From an uncultured Clostridia bacterium (lineage in GTDB: Bacteria > CAYTYR01 > UBA6262): DNA of 64,000 nt. The notes under the pieces are model-generated. The model was not told where the DNA came from, made no database searches, and saw only the letters and a program-made list of their open reading frames with translations. Positions 49,634 to 59,165 of the stretch are shown here, piece by piece (the first letter of the stretch is position 1; each line of letters begins with the position of its first letter). The translations under genes were made by a program, and so were the position numbers. The stretch spans positions 1-64,000 of the forward strand of contig CAYTYR010000012.1 in assembly GCA_964441745.1 (NCBI GenBank), given 5' to 3'.

Positions 49634-49805
49634 AAGCTCAAGAGCTGGGATTTGTTATAAGAACCGAGACGAAAAAGCTCAAGATATTTTTGCGCCTAAA
49701 ATATGCGAGCATACTCGCAGAAGTATGTAAGCAGATTTTAGATCACCCGCCACCGAACTTTGGCGGGTTGGCGAATTCCATAATCCAATCCCAGTTCTTG
49801 AGTTT
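49634..49805. mobile_element. Putative MITE with 20-bp terminal inverted repeats
   Basis: aagctcaagagctgggattt versus reverse complement aaactcaagaactgggattg (17/20); internal catact..agtatg and cccgcc..ggcggg hairpins. Confidence 0.6.
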
Positions 49806-49878
49806 AATAGGCTTTGCTGCTTTTTCATTTTAGCAGAATCCGTTTTATAAGTCAAAACATTTTAATTTTGATATTTAA

Positions 49879-50595
49879 CTATTGTTTCCCGATCAAGAGG
49901 CGAAAAAGATTAGTATGCCCCGGGACTTGCCGTGAGCCTGAGCTTTGCCCTACTGACTCAAGGGCCATTTTTGGCAGTGAGCCAAACCCCGAAGATAATT
50001 CCGCTATCAATACTGCTCCCGTCGGTGTAGCCAGCTCCTGTTTGACCGTTGACTGGTAGTAGGGAATTCTTTTCAGCAATTCGGCAGCAGCCGGAGCCGG
50101 CACTGAAAATAGGCCGTGGGCAATTTTGATCGTTCCTGACCCGACATTGACCGGGGAACAAAATAATTTCTTGATCCCCAGCTGGCGCAATCCCCAAACT
50201 ACGCCAACAACATCGATGATCGTATCTAAAGCCCCGATCTCATGAAAATGGACTTCATTGATTTTACAGCCGTGGACTTTAGCCTCGGCCCGGGCCAAAC
50301 TGGTAAATATCCCCTGGCATTTCTTCTTCACTGCCGGCAGCAGTGAGCTCTTACTGATGATTTGGCAAATATCCGGTAAATGCCGCAAATACTGCGGCCG
50401 GTTAACTTTGACCATCAGGCGCGAAGTACTGTTAGCTCCTACCTTGACTTGTTTTGCGGAAATAGAATAGCCGCTGACCGACAGCTTGGCTAATTCCCGT
50501 CTCAAATCCTTAAGATCTAATCCAGCATCAAGCAAAGCTGCCAGGAACATATCCCCGCTGACACCATTGCTGCAATCTAAGTAGGCGATTTTCAT
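49879..50595 (-). CDS. larC: Nickel insertion protein LarC, N-terminal domain only
   Basis: GVSGDMFLAAL, AEAKVHG, VHFHEIGALD, HG..VPAPA, ELATPTG; ends at about 238 aa. Confidence 0.85.
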   Translation of the reverse strand: MKIAYLDCSNGVSGDMFLAALLDAGLDLKDLRRELAKLSVSGYSISAKQVKVGANSTSRLMVKVNRPQYLRHLPDICQIISKSSLLPAVKKKCQGIFTSLARAEAKVHGCKINEVHFHEIGALDTIIDVVGVVWGLRQLGIKKLFCSPVNVGSGTIKIAHGLFSVPAPAAAELLKRIPYYQSTVKQELATPTGAVLIAELSSGFGSLPKMALESVGQSSGSRQVPGHTNLFRLLIGKQ

Positions 50596-50612
50596 TTGGA
50601 AAACCTTCAATG

Positions 50613-50691
50613 TAGCGTATAGCGTATGGCGTATAGCGGATAGGAAAGGCTCTTGATCTTCTATACGCTACCCGCTAAACGCTATCCGCTA
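50613..50691. repeat. Family A element in inverted orientation; contains the larB stop
   Basis: Reverse complement matches the arms of 40097-40173. Confidence 0.92.
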
Positions 50692-51431
50692 TTTTTATTT
50701 ATCAAGCTCGCTACTACTCCCGCACCGAAACCATCATCAATATTCACTACCGTCACATTAGGCGCGCAGCTGTTCAGCATCGCCAGTAAAGCCGCCACAC
50801 CGCCAAACGCCGCGCCATAACCGACGCTCGTGGGAACAGCGATTACCGGCTTATCCACCAACCCGCCTACAACGCTGGGCAAGGCCCCTTCCATACCAGC
50901 TACCACAATTATCACCCTGGCTTGTTTAATTTTTTCCGGTTCATTGAGCAGGCGGTGCACTCCAGCTACGCCCACGTCATAAAGCTTATCTGGTTTTTGG
51001 CCCAGTAGCGCACAGGTAACCGCTGCTTCCTCTGCCACAGGCAGGTCAGCAGTACCAGCGGTAATGATCAGTACGCCCTTTTTCTGGGCCTGCTTGGTAT
51101 GGCGGATAATAAGACACCGGGCCAGTTCATTATAGGCAGCTTCCTTGAATTTTTTCTTTACTGCCTTAAAAACTATCTTATCTGCCCGAGTGGCCAGTAT
51201 ATTTTCCTGATGTTTACACATCTGTTCGATTATTTTGACGATCTGGGGGATGGTCTTACCAGGACAATAGATAACTTCGGGGAATCCCTGCCGCAAATTG
51301 CGATGATGGTCTACTTTAGCGAATCCCAGGTCCCCGCAGGGGAAGTCTTTCAACGCAGCCAGGGCTTTAGCAGGAGAAGTGATGTGGTTTTTTACTTGCT
51401 GTAAAAGCATTTCCAGCTGTTTTCTATTCAT
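50682..51431 (-). CDS. larB: Nickel-pincer cofactor biosynthesis protein LarB
   Basis: AKVDHHR..GFPEVI, AGTAD, DVGVAG, AGMEGAL, PTSVGYG. Confidence 0.93.
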   Translation of the reverse strand: MNRKQLEMLLQQVKNHITSPAKALAALKDFPCGDLGFAKVDHHRNLRQGFPEVIYCPGKTIPQIVKIIEQMCKHQENILATRADKIVFKAVKKKFKEAAYNELARCLIIRHTKQAQKKGVLIITAGTADLPVAEEAAVTCALLGQKPDKLYDVGVAGVHRLLNEPEKIKQARVIIVVAGMEGALPSVVGGLVDKPVIAVPTSVGYGAAFGGVAALLAMLNSCAPNVTVVNIDDGFGAGVVASLINKNSG

Positions 51432-51437
51432 AGGTTA

Positions 51438-51466
51438 ATTATATTAGCTTTCAGGGCTATTGTCAA
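51438..51466 (-). promoter_or_regulatory. Perfect-consensus sigma70 promoter TTGACA-N17-TATAAT directly upstream of larB
   Basis: -35 at 51461-51466, -10 at 51438-51443, only 6 nt before the ATG. Confidence 0.8.
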
Positions 51467-51484
51467 ACTTTAAATTTCTTCGTT

Positions 51485-53332
51485 TTAGAAGTTAAGAACG
51501 ACTTCCAGGGCCCAAGTATCCTGGAAATAGGCATCCTCATCAGCGATCAAATCTGCTTCATCTTCAAACTCATAAACATCACTGTCCCCTAATATATAAG
51601 CAGTGACATAGCTCAGTTGTACTGATATGTTATTGAGAAATTTGTATTTTATCTTCCCATGATATTCCCTGATACCGTCAAAATCCCTATACTTCAGGAC
51701 ATTTTTGTATTTGCCGCCCCCTTCTATCCGGCAGGCCCGGCCTATTTGGTAATCCCCGCTGATAGCCGCATAATCATAAGGAGAGTAATCATTAGAGTCC
51801 TGCAGATAGGTTCGCAGATAATATTTCAGGATCAGATTCCCCCGGTCGTTAAAAGCATATCTTAACGTCCCACTCGTACTGATCTTTTCAGAGCCAGTGT
51901 CTTTCCCAATATTATTATCCTTATAGCGTGATTCCACTGTTAAACCAAGTTTTTGCTGGCCGCGCAGGATGCCGGCAAGAATTATCTCCCGGTCAGTTTC
52001 CTGTCGATTATCATAAACCTTGTAATTACCTGTACTTCTGCTCCAATATACCTGGGCCTGGTGCGTATATTGGTCAAATGAAGTTTTTATCCTGAAACTT
52101 TCCAATACTTGCCAATCTATTTTGCCTAATACCCCTCGTTCATCCCGGCAGCGGAAAACGCTTTGCGGATAATGAAGGGAATAGCTCCCGGCATGCGGGT
52201 TAAGATAATCCAGATCATACTTCCGGTAACTAAGCGCATAGCTTATCCGTCCCAGGTCAAGAGTACTGGCCGCTACTACCCCCTGGCCGTATTTTTGCAC
52301 CTGGCCGATCTCGCCGCACACATTGAGCTGTCCAATATACGAAGAAAAATGAGCGCCATATACCAAAAAGTCCGCATCATCCGTTGGATAGCGCCACGGA
52401 TCAGGGCCTTTTACCGCCCGCTGTGAATAATAACTGGTGATTCCCAATTCTGTCTCAGGCGCCAAATACGACATGATATCCATCCCGCTCACCTGTTCCC
52501 GGAAATACTCTTCCAATGGCTTCCTGATCTCAGCCCCGTTGATGTAAAAACCATAATATCCATTATTCTCATTGGAATAAAACAAGGTTTCCTTGAATCT
52601 ATCCTGTTCCAGGACTACGGCCAGTCCGCGAAAAGTTTTACTGCTTTTGTAGCTAAGCCCCTGCAATAAGGCCTGATGGCTGATCTTTGAGGTCTTATAT
52701 TCCAAAGCTTCTGTATCGCCAGGATAAATACCGGCAGGTTTAGCCTGGCCAGACAAATCTATTACTACCCCTTCCCCAAAACCAACCAGATAGTCGCCAG
52801 CCAGTATTTTTTGTACCACTGTTCCCGGTTCCCAGGAGAGATAATACTTATTCAGCATAAAGGTTTGGTTCCATATTCCCTGAGCCGCCTTACTCCCATC
52901 CACCCGGTAGCGTTCATAATGCGGATACCGTTCCAGCGCCAGAGCGCCGGACCAGCCTGGCTGGAAATTTTTCCAGCGCAGGTGCCATACCTGATAGTTC
53001 CCATTTTCCACATCACTGGTTTTTTTTACTTTTACTTTTAGCATTCCATCCGGTATCTTCACATTATCAGATGTTACCACGCTGATCAAACTGGACCAGG
53101 ATAGCACATCCTGCGCGGTGATCCCTTCCACTTTCAAGAGCTCATCCAGAGTCCGGAAAGAGCCGAATACTTTCCGGTATTCCATGATCTTGTACGCCTG
53201 ATACCGGTTAATACCCGGTAATTTCAGCAGTTCTTCATAAGAGGCTGTATTGATATCCTGCCCCCCTATTCCCGTTCCTGCCCAGTACAGTAAAAAACAT
53301 ATGGCCAAACTTAACCTGAGCCTGCTCTTCAT
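51485..53332 (-). CDS. ComEA-type helix-hairpin-helix domain fused to a probable outer-membrane beta-barrel
   Basis: Signal peptide; DINTASYEELLKLPGI...GSFRTLDELLKVEGI; aromatic-rich strands; C-terminal Phe. Confidence 0.75.
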   Translation of the reverse strand: MKSRLRLSLAICFLLYWAGTGIGGQDINTASYEELLKLPGINRYQAYKIMEYRKVFGSFRTLDELLKVEGITAQDVLSWSSLISVVTSDNVKIPDGMLKVKVKKTSDVENGNYQVWHLRWKNFQPGWSGALALERYPHYERYRVDGSKAAQGIWNQTFMLNKYYLSWEPGTVVQKILAGDYLVGFGEGVVIDLSGQAKPAGIYPGDTEALEYKTSKISHQALLQGLSYKSSKTFRGLAVVLEQDRFKETLFYSNENNGYYGFYINGAEIRKPLEEYFREQVSGMDIMSYLAPETELGITSYYSQRAVKGPDPWRYPTDDADFLVYGAHFSSYIGQLNVCGEIGQVQKYGQGVVAASTLDLGRISYALSYRKYDLDYLNPHAGSYSLHYPQSVFRCRDERGVLGKIDWQVLESFRIKTSFDQYTHQAQVYWSRSTGNYKVYDNRQETDREIILAGILRGQQKLGLTVESRYKDNNIGKDTGSEKISTSGTLRYAFNDRGNLILKYYLRTYLQDSNDYSPYDYAAISGDYQIGRACRIEGGGKYKNVLKYRDFDGIREYHGKIKYKFLNNISVQLSYVTAYILGDSDVYEFEDEADLIADEDAYFQDTWALEVVLNF

Positions 53333-53363
53333 TTTCCGACTTTCTTCTATATTCTTAGTTTTT

Positions 53364-53429
53364 AATCTGTGCTGCGCCCGCCCGGCTTTTTGGCGGGTAA
53401 TCAGAGATTGTTGGCAAGCCAACAATCTC
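53364..53429. repeat. Family E unit with GC hairpin insert plus a 12-bp perfect hairpin
   Basis: aatctgtg[ctgcgcccgcccggctttttggcggg]taatc; gagattgttggc-aa-gccaacaatctc. Confidence 0.8.
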
Positions 53430-53506
53430 AAATAAAAAACCATACTTAGCTCATCAAAGAGATGAATTAAATATGGTACTTCTTTCCCTATATATTTATT
53501 AGCTGC

Positions 53507-54163
53507 TTAATACGGCTTGTTCTTTTCCTGCAGCAGCCTGATGATCGCCCTATTCCTGTTCTCCGCGGCCAGCATCAAAGAGTTCTTGCCATCATTCGTT
53601 TTCACTCCCAGGTCAGCATCCCGATCCATCAGCAGTTTTACGCTTTCCACAGAATCAGCCTGAATCGCATACATCACCGGGGTAAAGCCTTTATAATCTT
53701 TGGCATTCACATCAGCGTAGTTCTTTAGCAAAAATTCAATTATATCCGTGTCAGATTCCCTGGCCGCGATCATCAGGGGAGTAGCCCCAACATTATTCTT
53801 GATATTCACATCAGCGCGATAGTTCACCAACAAGCGTACCACTCTCATCTGTCCGACTTTCACCGCCAGGATCAAAGCAGTATTGCCATCCGTATCCTTA
53901 ATATTTATATCCGCGCCTTTAGTGACCAGCAGTTTGACGACCTTATCCTGGGCCCTATTAATGGCAAACATTAAGGGGGTCCAACCATTGTCCCCTTGCA
54001 TATTAAGATCTGCCCGCTCAGCTACCAGCTGGCTGATCGCTTCATAATCATCGGTTTTGATAGCGTCGATCAGGTTCTTGCCCTTGAATTCAAGTCCATG
54101 TATGGCAATATAGCTTATCATGACTAAAATAATGCAGCCGACAAGATAGAATGCTTTTTTCAT
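53507..54163 (-). CDS. Ankyrin repeat protein with N-terminal anchor
   Basis: Repeated G.TPLM.A...ADVN motifs. Confidence 0.9.
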   Translation of the reverse strand: MKKAFYLVGCIILVMISYIAIHGLEFKGKNLIDAIKTDDYEAISQLVAERADLNMQGDNGWTPLMFAINRAQDKVVKLLVTKGADINIKDTDGNTALILAVKVGQMRVVRLLVNYRADVNIKNNVGATPLMIAARESDTDIIEFLLKNYADVNAKDYKGFTPVMYAIQADSVESVKLLMDRDADLGVKTNDGKNSLMLAAENRNRAIIRLLQEKNKPY

Positions 54164-54171
54164 TTTTACCT

Positions 54172-54963
54172 CTAAATTTTCTGTTCTTTGTGTAACGGGA
54201 AACTAAGCGCGATAGCCTCAAAGATCCCGGCTAAAATTGCTCCCAGGTAGTAAATCCACCATTGGTTGGGGATCTTCCAAATGACGACCATGAATCCGGT
54301 AAATAACATGCTCAAGCCAAAACTTAATACTGCCAATCCCTGAAAAATCAGTTTTTTCGGCATATTATCATAAACGCTGTCTTTGGGAAATACAATTGAC
54401 CGCCAAAAACAGAAGATACCCAACATAACCATCGCTAACACCGGATCATTCACCCTGATCAAAAACAAAATAGGCATCAGATTCGGGTCCGGATTACTAG
54501 GATGGAACCATTTGCCATCATAAAAAGCATAGCCGCCAATGCGGAAGATTTCCATCGAACCGCCGATCGCCCGGACATTGACAAAAACAAAAGCTATAGA
54601 TAGGAGTATCCCGATCCCAAAAGCCAGCCAGGTTGTGCTCTTTTTTATTTTTTCAAATCCCAGGGCAAAACTGGTTAAACCAATAAAAACTGCCGGGGCA
54701 AAAAGACCGATCATGATGAATTCCCGGATATTATTCACAATTAAGGGAGCGGGATGCGGCCCTAAACATATCTGCAATGGACGGGTCATCAAAAATATAC
54801 CAAAAAAAATAAATCCCCAATACGCGCCTTTATAGGTGATATCACCGGTCACCAGTTTGCGCAAAGGAGCAATATAAGCAATATACTTGGCCAGGAAAAA
54901 ATAGGTTAATCCCGCTATCACCGGCATGATCAGATTTTCTAACACCAGCCAAAAAATAGTCAC
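54172..54963 (-). CDS. Hypothetical polytopic membrane protein (about 7 TM)
   Basis: 263-aa hydrophobic ORF in operon. Confidence 0.75.
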   Translation of the reverse strand: MTIFWLVLENLIMPVIAGLTYFFLAKYIAYIAPLRKLVTGDITYKGAYWGFIFFGIFLMTRPLQICLGPHPAPLIVNNIREFIMIGLFAPAVFIGLTSFALGFEKIKKSTTWLAFGIGILLSIAFVFVNVRAIGGSMEIFRIGGYAFYDGKWFHPSNPDPNLMPILFLIRVNDPVLAMVMLGIFCFWRSIVFPKDSVYDNMPKKLIFQGLAVLSFGLSMLFTGFMVVIWKIPNQWWIYYLGAILAGIFEAIALSFPLHKEQKI

Positions 54964-54966
54964 TGC

Positions 54967-55584
54967 TTAGGGTTCCTCGCTTTGTACCACAGCATATTTA
55001 GTAATGATCGCTTTTTCTACAGCTTGTTTCAACGGCTGGCTAGTCAACTCAAATTGTTTCACCCAAACACCGTCTTTGGCTTTGCGTCCCGGCCAGGCTA
55101 TCCATAATCCGCTGGCTGAATCCATTACCCTGGCTTCTACTCTGACCGCATTATTAAAGATAATTGAGACAAAGGCTTTTAATTGGCTATCCTTGGCCCT
55201 GTATTTATTTATTTTAGCTATTTTATAAACAATGTCAACTGCTTTTTCAGTACTGGATCGCTGTTCGGCTGCAGCTTTCTTGATTTCCTCACCGAGTTTT
55301 TGGTTTTCTATGACTATTTGCGGTATCGCTCTTTCCTGTTTACTGACATATTCAGGATAAACCAGAGTGATGATTCCCGAGCGAGACTCCCGGTTCATTT
55401 TAATCTCCCGGATCACCAGGTTATTATTCAAGGTAACGGCTGCTGTCTGCTTACCATCCACTGTTTCCACAACCACTGCGGTAACCTTGGTCACTGGTTC
55501 AGCGGCAAACACAAAGACCGTTAGCAGTTGGCCGATCGCCGTTAGCAGTAATATATTAAATAATTTACTTTTTATCTTATACAT
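54967..55584 (-). CDS. Signal-peptide protein with two SpoVG-like domains
   Basis: AAVTLNNNLVIREIK and LKAFVSIIFNNAVRV..RVMDSASGLWIAWPGRK..DG resemble SpoVG. Confidence 0.65.
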   Translation of the reverse strand: MYKIKSKLFNILLLTAIGQLLTVFVFAAEPVTKVTAVVVETVDGKQTAAVTLNNNLVIREIKMNRESRSGIITLVYPEYVSKQERAIPQIVIENQKLGEEIKKAAAEQRSSTEKAVDIVYKIAKINKYRAKDSQLKAFVSIIFNNAVRVEARVMDSASGLWIAWPGRKAKDGVWVKQFELTSQPLKQAVEKAIITKYAVVQSEEP

Positions 55585-55586
55585 CT

Positions 55587-56456
55587 TTAATACTCGGTTT
55601 TCACCTGATAGCTGAGCCCATCAGTGCTGACCGTTATTGTTCCTTTCCTGGCAGTGGCCAAATATGGTATCCCTGCCCGTTTCAGCCGCTTCAACATTTC
55701 CGGATGCGGGTGACCAAAGGAATTGTTCCGGCCGTAGGAGATTATGGCCAGCTCCGGCTTGACCCCATTCAGGAAGCTGGCACAGGAAGAATTTCTTGAG
55801 CCATGGTGAGCAATTTTTAATATTGTTGAGTGCATCATCTCACTATGCCTGGACAGTATTTTCCGTTCTGCCGCCTGGCCGACATCAGCTGCCAGCAGGA
55901 AACTTACTTTCTTATAGGTGATCTTGATCACCATTGAATTGTCATTAGGATTATTAAATCTTTTTGGCGATGGATTGAGCGCCAGGACCTGCAAGGAAGG
56001 TCCGAAATCCAGTTTATCTCCGGCACTGGCCAGGCGATACCTGATATTTTTCTCCTTCACTATCTGCAACAGCTTAATATATTCATCATCTGTAACCCCG
56101 CCCCCGCCTTCCAAGGTATCGACAAATTCCCCTACTGGATAAGCAGATAGGACATCGATCAAACCATCCATGTGGTCGGTATGGCCATGAGTCAGGATCA
56201 CAATATCCAGTTTTTTGATTTTTTTCTTCTGCAGGAAGGGATTGACTATCCTGTCCCCAATACGATATGACAGCTTCCGGTAGGCTGGTACGCCGCCGCC
56301 GTCAATGAGGATATTTTTCCCATCAGGGGCCTCTACCAGAATACTGTCACCCTGGCCGACATCAATAAAAGATACGACCAGGTCCCGGGCAAAAGCAGAG
56401 GAGAAGTACAGGAGGGAAAGCAATACAGCGATCAGTAATTTATTTCTTCTGGGCAT
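55587..56456 (-). CDS. ComEC/Rec2-like metallo-beta-lactamase domain protein (exported)
   Basis: FIDVGQGDS, THGHTDH, NDNS, HHGS, FGHPH. Confidence 0.9.
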   Translation of the reverse strand: MPRRNKLLIAVLLSLLYFSSAFARDLVVSFIDVGQGDSILVEAPDGKNILIDGGGVPAYRKLSYRIGDRIVNPFLQKKKIKKLDIVILTHGHTDHMDGLIDVLSAYPVGEFVDTLEGGGGVTDDEYIKLLQIVKEKNIRYRLASAGDKLDFGPSLQVLALNPSPKRFNNPNDNSMVIKITYKKVSFLLAADVGQAAERKILSRHSEMMHSTILKIAHHGSRNSSCASFLNGVKPELAIISYGRNNSFGHPHPEMLKRLKRAGIPYLATARKGTITVSTDGLSYQVKTEY

Positions 56457-56676
56457 TTTTCTTCAGCAGTTCAGCTTGCAGGTCTTTGATTTTTTTCTTT
56501 TGCGTTTTTTCAACTTTTTTATTCAGGGCCATAGCGATATCAATACAAGCGCCCTCATAAACTCTTAAAGGCAGGTTAGCCACTGGAATTACCAGCTCTC
56601 CCCCGCCTCTGATCCTGATCACCGCTATTCTGCCGTCCTCTATCCGGTCAACAATGCCTAACACCTGGAACTCCAA
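56440..56676 (-). CDS. DUF3006-like small protein
   Basis: VDRIED..AVI...LP...EG pattern; adjacent to the ComEC-like MBL gene. Confidence 0.7.
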   Translation of the reverse strand: MEFQVLGIVDRIEDGRIAVIRIRGGGELVIPVANLPLRVYEGACIDIAMALNKKVEKTQKKKIKDLQAELLKKNAQKK

Positions 56677-56682
56677 TCCTGA

Positions 56683-56747
56683 GGCGTATAGCGTATAGCG
56701 TTTAGAAAGGCTTTCCTATACGCTTAACGCTACCCGCTAAACGCTTA
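56683..56747. repeat. Family A element, inverted orientation; contains the proB stop
   Basis: ggcgtat agcgtat agcgttt agaaaggctttcc tatacgc ttaacgc tacccgc taaacgc tta. Confidence 0.88.
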
Positions 56748-57851
56748 CAATATTACCAAATTGTCCCGGTGAATCACTTCATCGTAATCCTTGTGCCCGA
56801 TGATTTTCATGATCTCTGAAGTCTTCTTGCCTTTGATCTTCTCTATCTCATCGCTGGAGAAAGACACCAAGCCGCGGGCGATCTCATCCCCGTCCGCATC
56901 TACCACAGTGACCATATCTCCCAAATGGAAAGTTCCCTCTACATCAGTAATACCACTCGGCAGTAAGCTTTTGCCCATTTTCAATAGCGCTTTAGCTGCT
57001 CCGGCATCTATATATAACTTACCGCTGGCTTTATTGGCAAACGCGATCCACTTCTTCCGGCCGCTGATCTTTTCATGGCGCGGCAGGAACTTGGTCCCGA
57101 TATCGTCACCCTGGAATACTTCAGTCAGGATACCCGGTTTCATGCCATCAGCGATCACTACCATCACGCCGCTGGTCGTGGCAATTTTGGCTGCCTGGAT
57201 CTTGGTATACATGCCGCCAACACCGCGGGTACTGCCGGTGGATTTCAAAGCGATCTTTTCCACCTCTTCATCGATCACATCTACAGTGTGGATCATCTCT
57301 GCGTCTTTATCCTTGCGCGGGTCAGTGGTATATAAGCCAGCCACATCACTTAGGATGATCAGCAGGTCAGCCTCCACCTTGCTCGCCACCAAAGCTGACA
57401 AGGTGTCATTATCGCCAAATCGTATTTCATCCACCGCGACCGTATCGTTTTCATTGACGATCGGTATTACTTTATATTCCAGTAAGGTCATGATCGTATT
57501 GCGGACATTCAAGTAGCGTTCCCGGGTGCGCATATCTTCCTGGGTCAATAATATCTGCGCCACATTCAAGCCGTTTTCACTGAACAATTCCTCGTAATGA
57601 TGCATCAGATAAGTTTGCCCCACTGCAGCTGCCGCCTGTTTTTCGCGGACACTTTGCGGCCGGGTTTTCAATCCCAATTTGCCCATACCGGCGCCAACCG
57701 CGCCGCTGGTCACCAGGATGACTTCCCGTCCCTGGCGGGACATCTCCACCACTTGCTCCACCAGGATGCGCATATGCGGCAGGTTCAGATGCCCATTTTC
57801 ATCTGTCAATGTGCTCGTCCCTATTTTTATCACAACTCTTTTGTAATGCAT
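56745..57851 (-). CDS. proB: Glutamate 5-kinase
   Basis: VIKIGTS, SGAV, NENDTV, FGDNDTL, GGMYTK, PUA domain. Confidence 0.96.
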   Translation of the reverse strand: MHYKRVVIKIGTSTLTDENGHLNLPHMRILVEQVVEMSRQGREVILVTSGAVGAGMGKLGLKTRPQSVREKQAAAAVGQTYLMHHYEELFSENGLNVAQILLTQEDMRTRERYLNVRNTIMTLLEYKVIPIVNENDTVAVDEIRFGDNDTLSALVASKVEADLLIILSDVAGLYTTDPRKDKDAEMIHTVDVIDEEVEKIALKSTGSTRGVGGMYTKIQAAKIATTSGVMVVIADGMKPGILTEVFQGDDIGTKFLPRHEKISGRKKWIAFANKASGKLYIDAGAAKALLKMGKSLLPSGITDVEGTFHLGDMVTVVDADGDEIARGLVSFSSDEIEKIKGKKTSEIMKIIGHKDYDEVIHRDNLVIL

Positions 57852-57880
57852 GGAAAACTCCTCGGCAACGACTCGAGACT

Positions 57881-59143
57881 CTATTCGCTATATTCAAATT
57901 CTATCTTGCCAATATGCACCATATCACCTGGCTTGATCCCTTTATCCTGCAGGGCCTTTTCCAAGCCGATCTTCTTAAAGATATTATGCATCCGCACCAG
58001 GGCTTCTTCCTCTTCCTTCCAGGTCATGGCGGCTATCTTTTCTATATGCTTGCCGCTGATCACAAATTCACCATCGACTATTTTAATGGTAAAGGAATGC
58101 GTCGGGGTAAATTCCTGCACTCGTTCCGTCATTACTATTGGCTCAGGTTCAGGAGCATTTTCCAGCTCTTTATTGACTGCCCCCATAAGCTCTTTCAGGC
58201 CAATGCCAGCCATAGCTGAAATAACATATATTGGCTTTTTTTTCAAATGTTTTTTAAACTGTTTGATTTGTTCATCAGCTTCCGGCAGGTCTGACTTATT
58301 CAGAGCTATCACTTGCGGCTTCTTGGCCAGTTTTGGGCTGTATAATTTCAATTCCTTGTTAATGGACTGGTAATTTTCCCAGGCGCTTTTGTTATCAAAA
58401 CCAAACACATCAATAATATGGACTACTACTTTGGTGCGTTCAATATGCCGCAAAAACTCATCACCCAGGCCGACGCCGCTATGCGCGCCATCGATCAAGC
58501 CGGGAATATCTGCTACGACAAAACTGGATCCGGCGCCGAAACTCACGACGCCTAAGTTGGGAGTGATGGTAGTAAAAGGATAATCTGCGATTTTTGGTTT
58601 AGCTTTGGAAATACGGGAGAGCAGCGTGGATTTACCGGCATTGGGATACCCTACTAAGCCGACATCAGCCAGCAGTTTTAACTCGAGATTGAGGGTGATC
58701 TCAGCGCCAGGTTCACCGCGTTCGGCTATCCTGGGAGCCTGGCGGTTGGCAGATTTAAATTTGGCATTGCCCCGGCCGCCGCGGCCGCCACGGGCGACCA
58801 GTAATTCCTGTCCGTCTTCTGCCAGGTCAGCTAAGACTTGGCCAGTACTAGTATCCTGGACCACTGTCCCGATGGGCACATAAATAAATAAAGGCGGAGC
58901 ACTCCTGCCATATCTGTTATTACCTTGTCCGTTCTTACCGCTCTCAGCCTCATAATGCGGCCGGATCTTCAGGTCAAACAAGGTACGCAAGGTTGCCCTT
59001 GCTTTAACAATGACATCTCCACCTTTACCGCCATCGCCGCCGTCCGGCCCACCCAGGGGCACAAACTTCTCGCGATGGAAACATATACAGCCATCGCCGC
59101 CGTTCCCGGCTTTGACGAATATTTTACTATGGTCAACAAACAT
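57881..59143 (-). CDS. obgE: GTPase ObgE/CgtA
   Basis: Gly-rich Obg fold, GYPNAGKS, DIPG, NKSD, C-terminal DUF1967-like domain. Confidence 0.97.
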   Translation of the reverse strand: MFVDHSKIFVKAGNGGDGCICFHREKFVPLGGPDGGDGGKGGDVIVKARATLRTLFDLKIRPHYEAESGKNGQGNNRYGRSAPPLFIYVPIGTVVQDTSTGQVLADLAEDGQELLVARGGRGGRGNAKFKSANRQAPRIAERGEPGAEITLNLELKLLADVGLVGYPNAGKSTLLSRISKAKPKIADYPFTTITPNLGVVSFGAGSSFVVADIPGLIDGAHSGVGLGDEFLRHIERTKVVVHIIDVFGFDNKSAWENYQSINKELKLYSPKLAKKPQVIALNKSDLPEADEQIKQFKKHLKKKPIYVISAMAGIGLKELMGAVNKELENAPEPEPIVMTERVQEFTPTHSFTIKIVDGEFVISGKHIEKIAAMTWKEEEEALVRMHNIFKKIGLEKALQDKGIKPGDMVHIGKIEFEYSE

Positions 59144-59165
59144 CTAAAGTCCCTTGGAAGCCTTA

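Noticed and set aside
49622-49878. Frameshifted larC2 continuation
   Set aside because: No suitable minus-strand ORF or LarC C-terminal motif; the region is AT-rich and MITE-like
53333-53443. N-terminal 37 aa of the 652-aa ORF
   Set aside because: It runs through hairpin/repeat DNA; the signal peptide begins at ATG 53332
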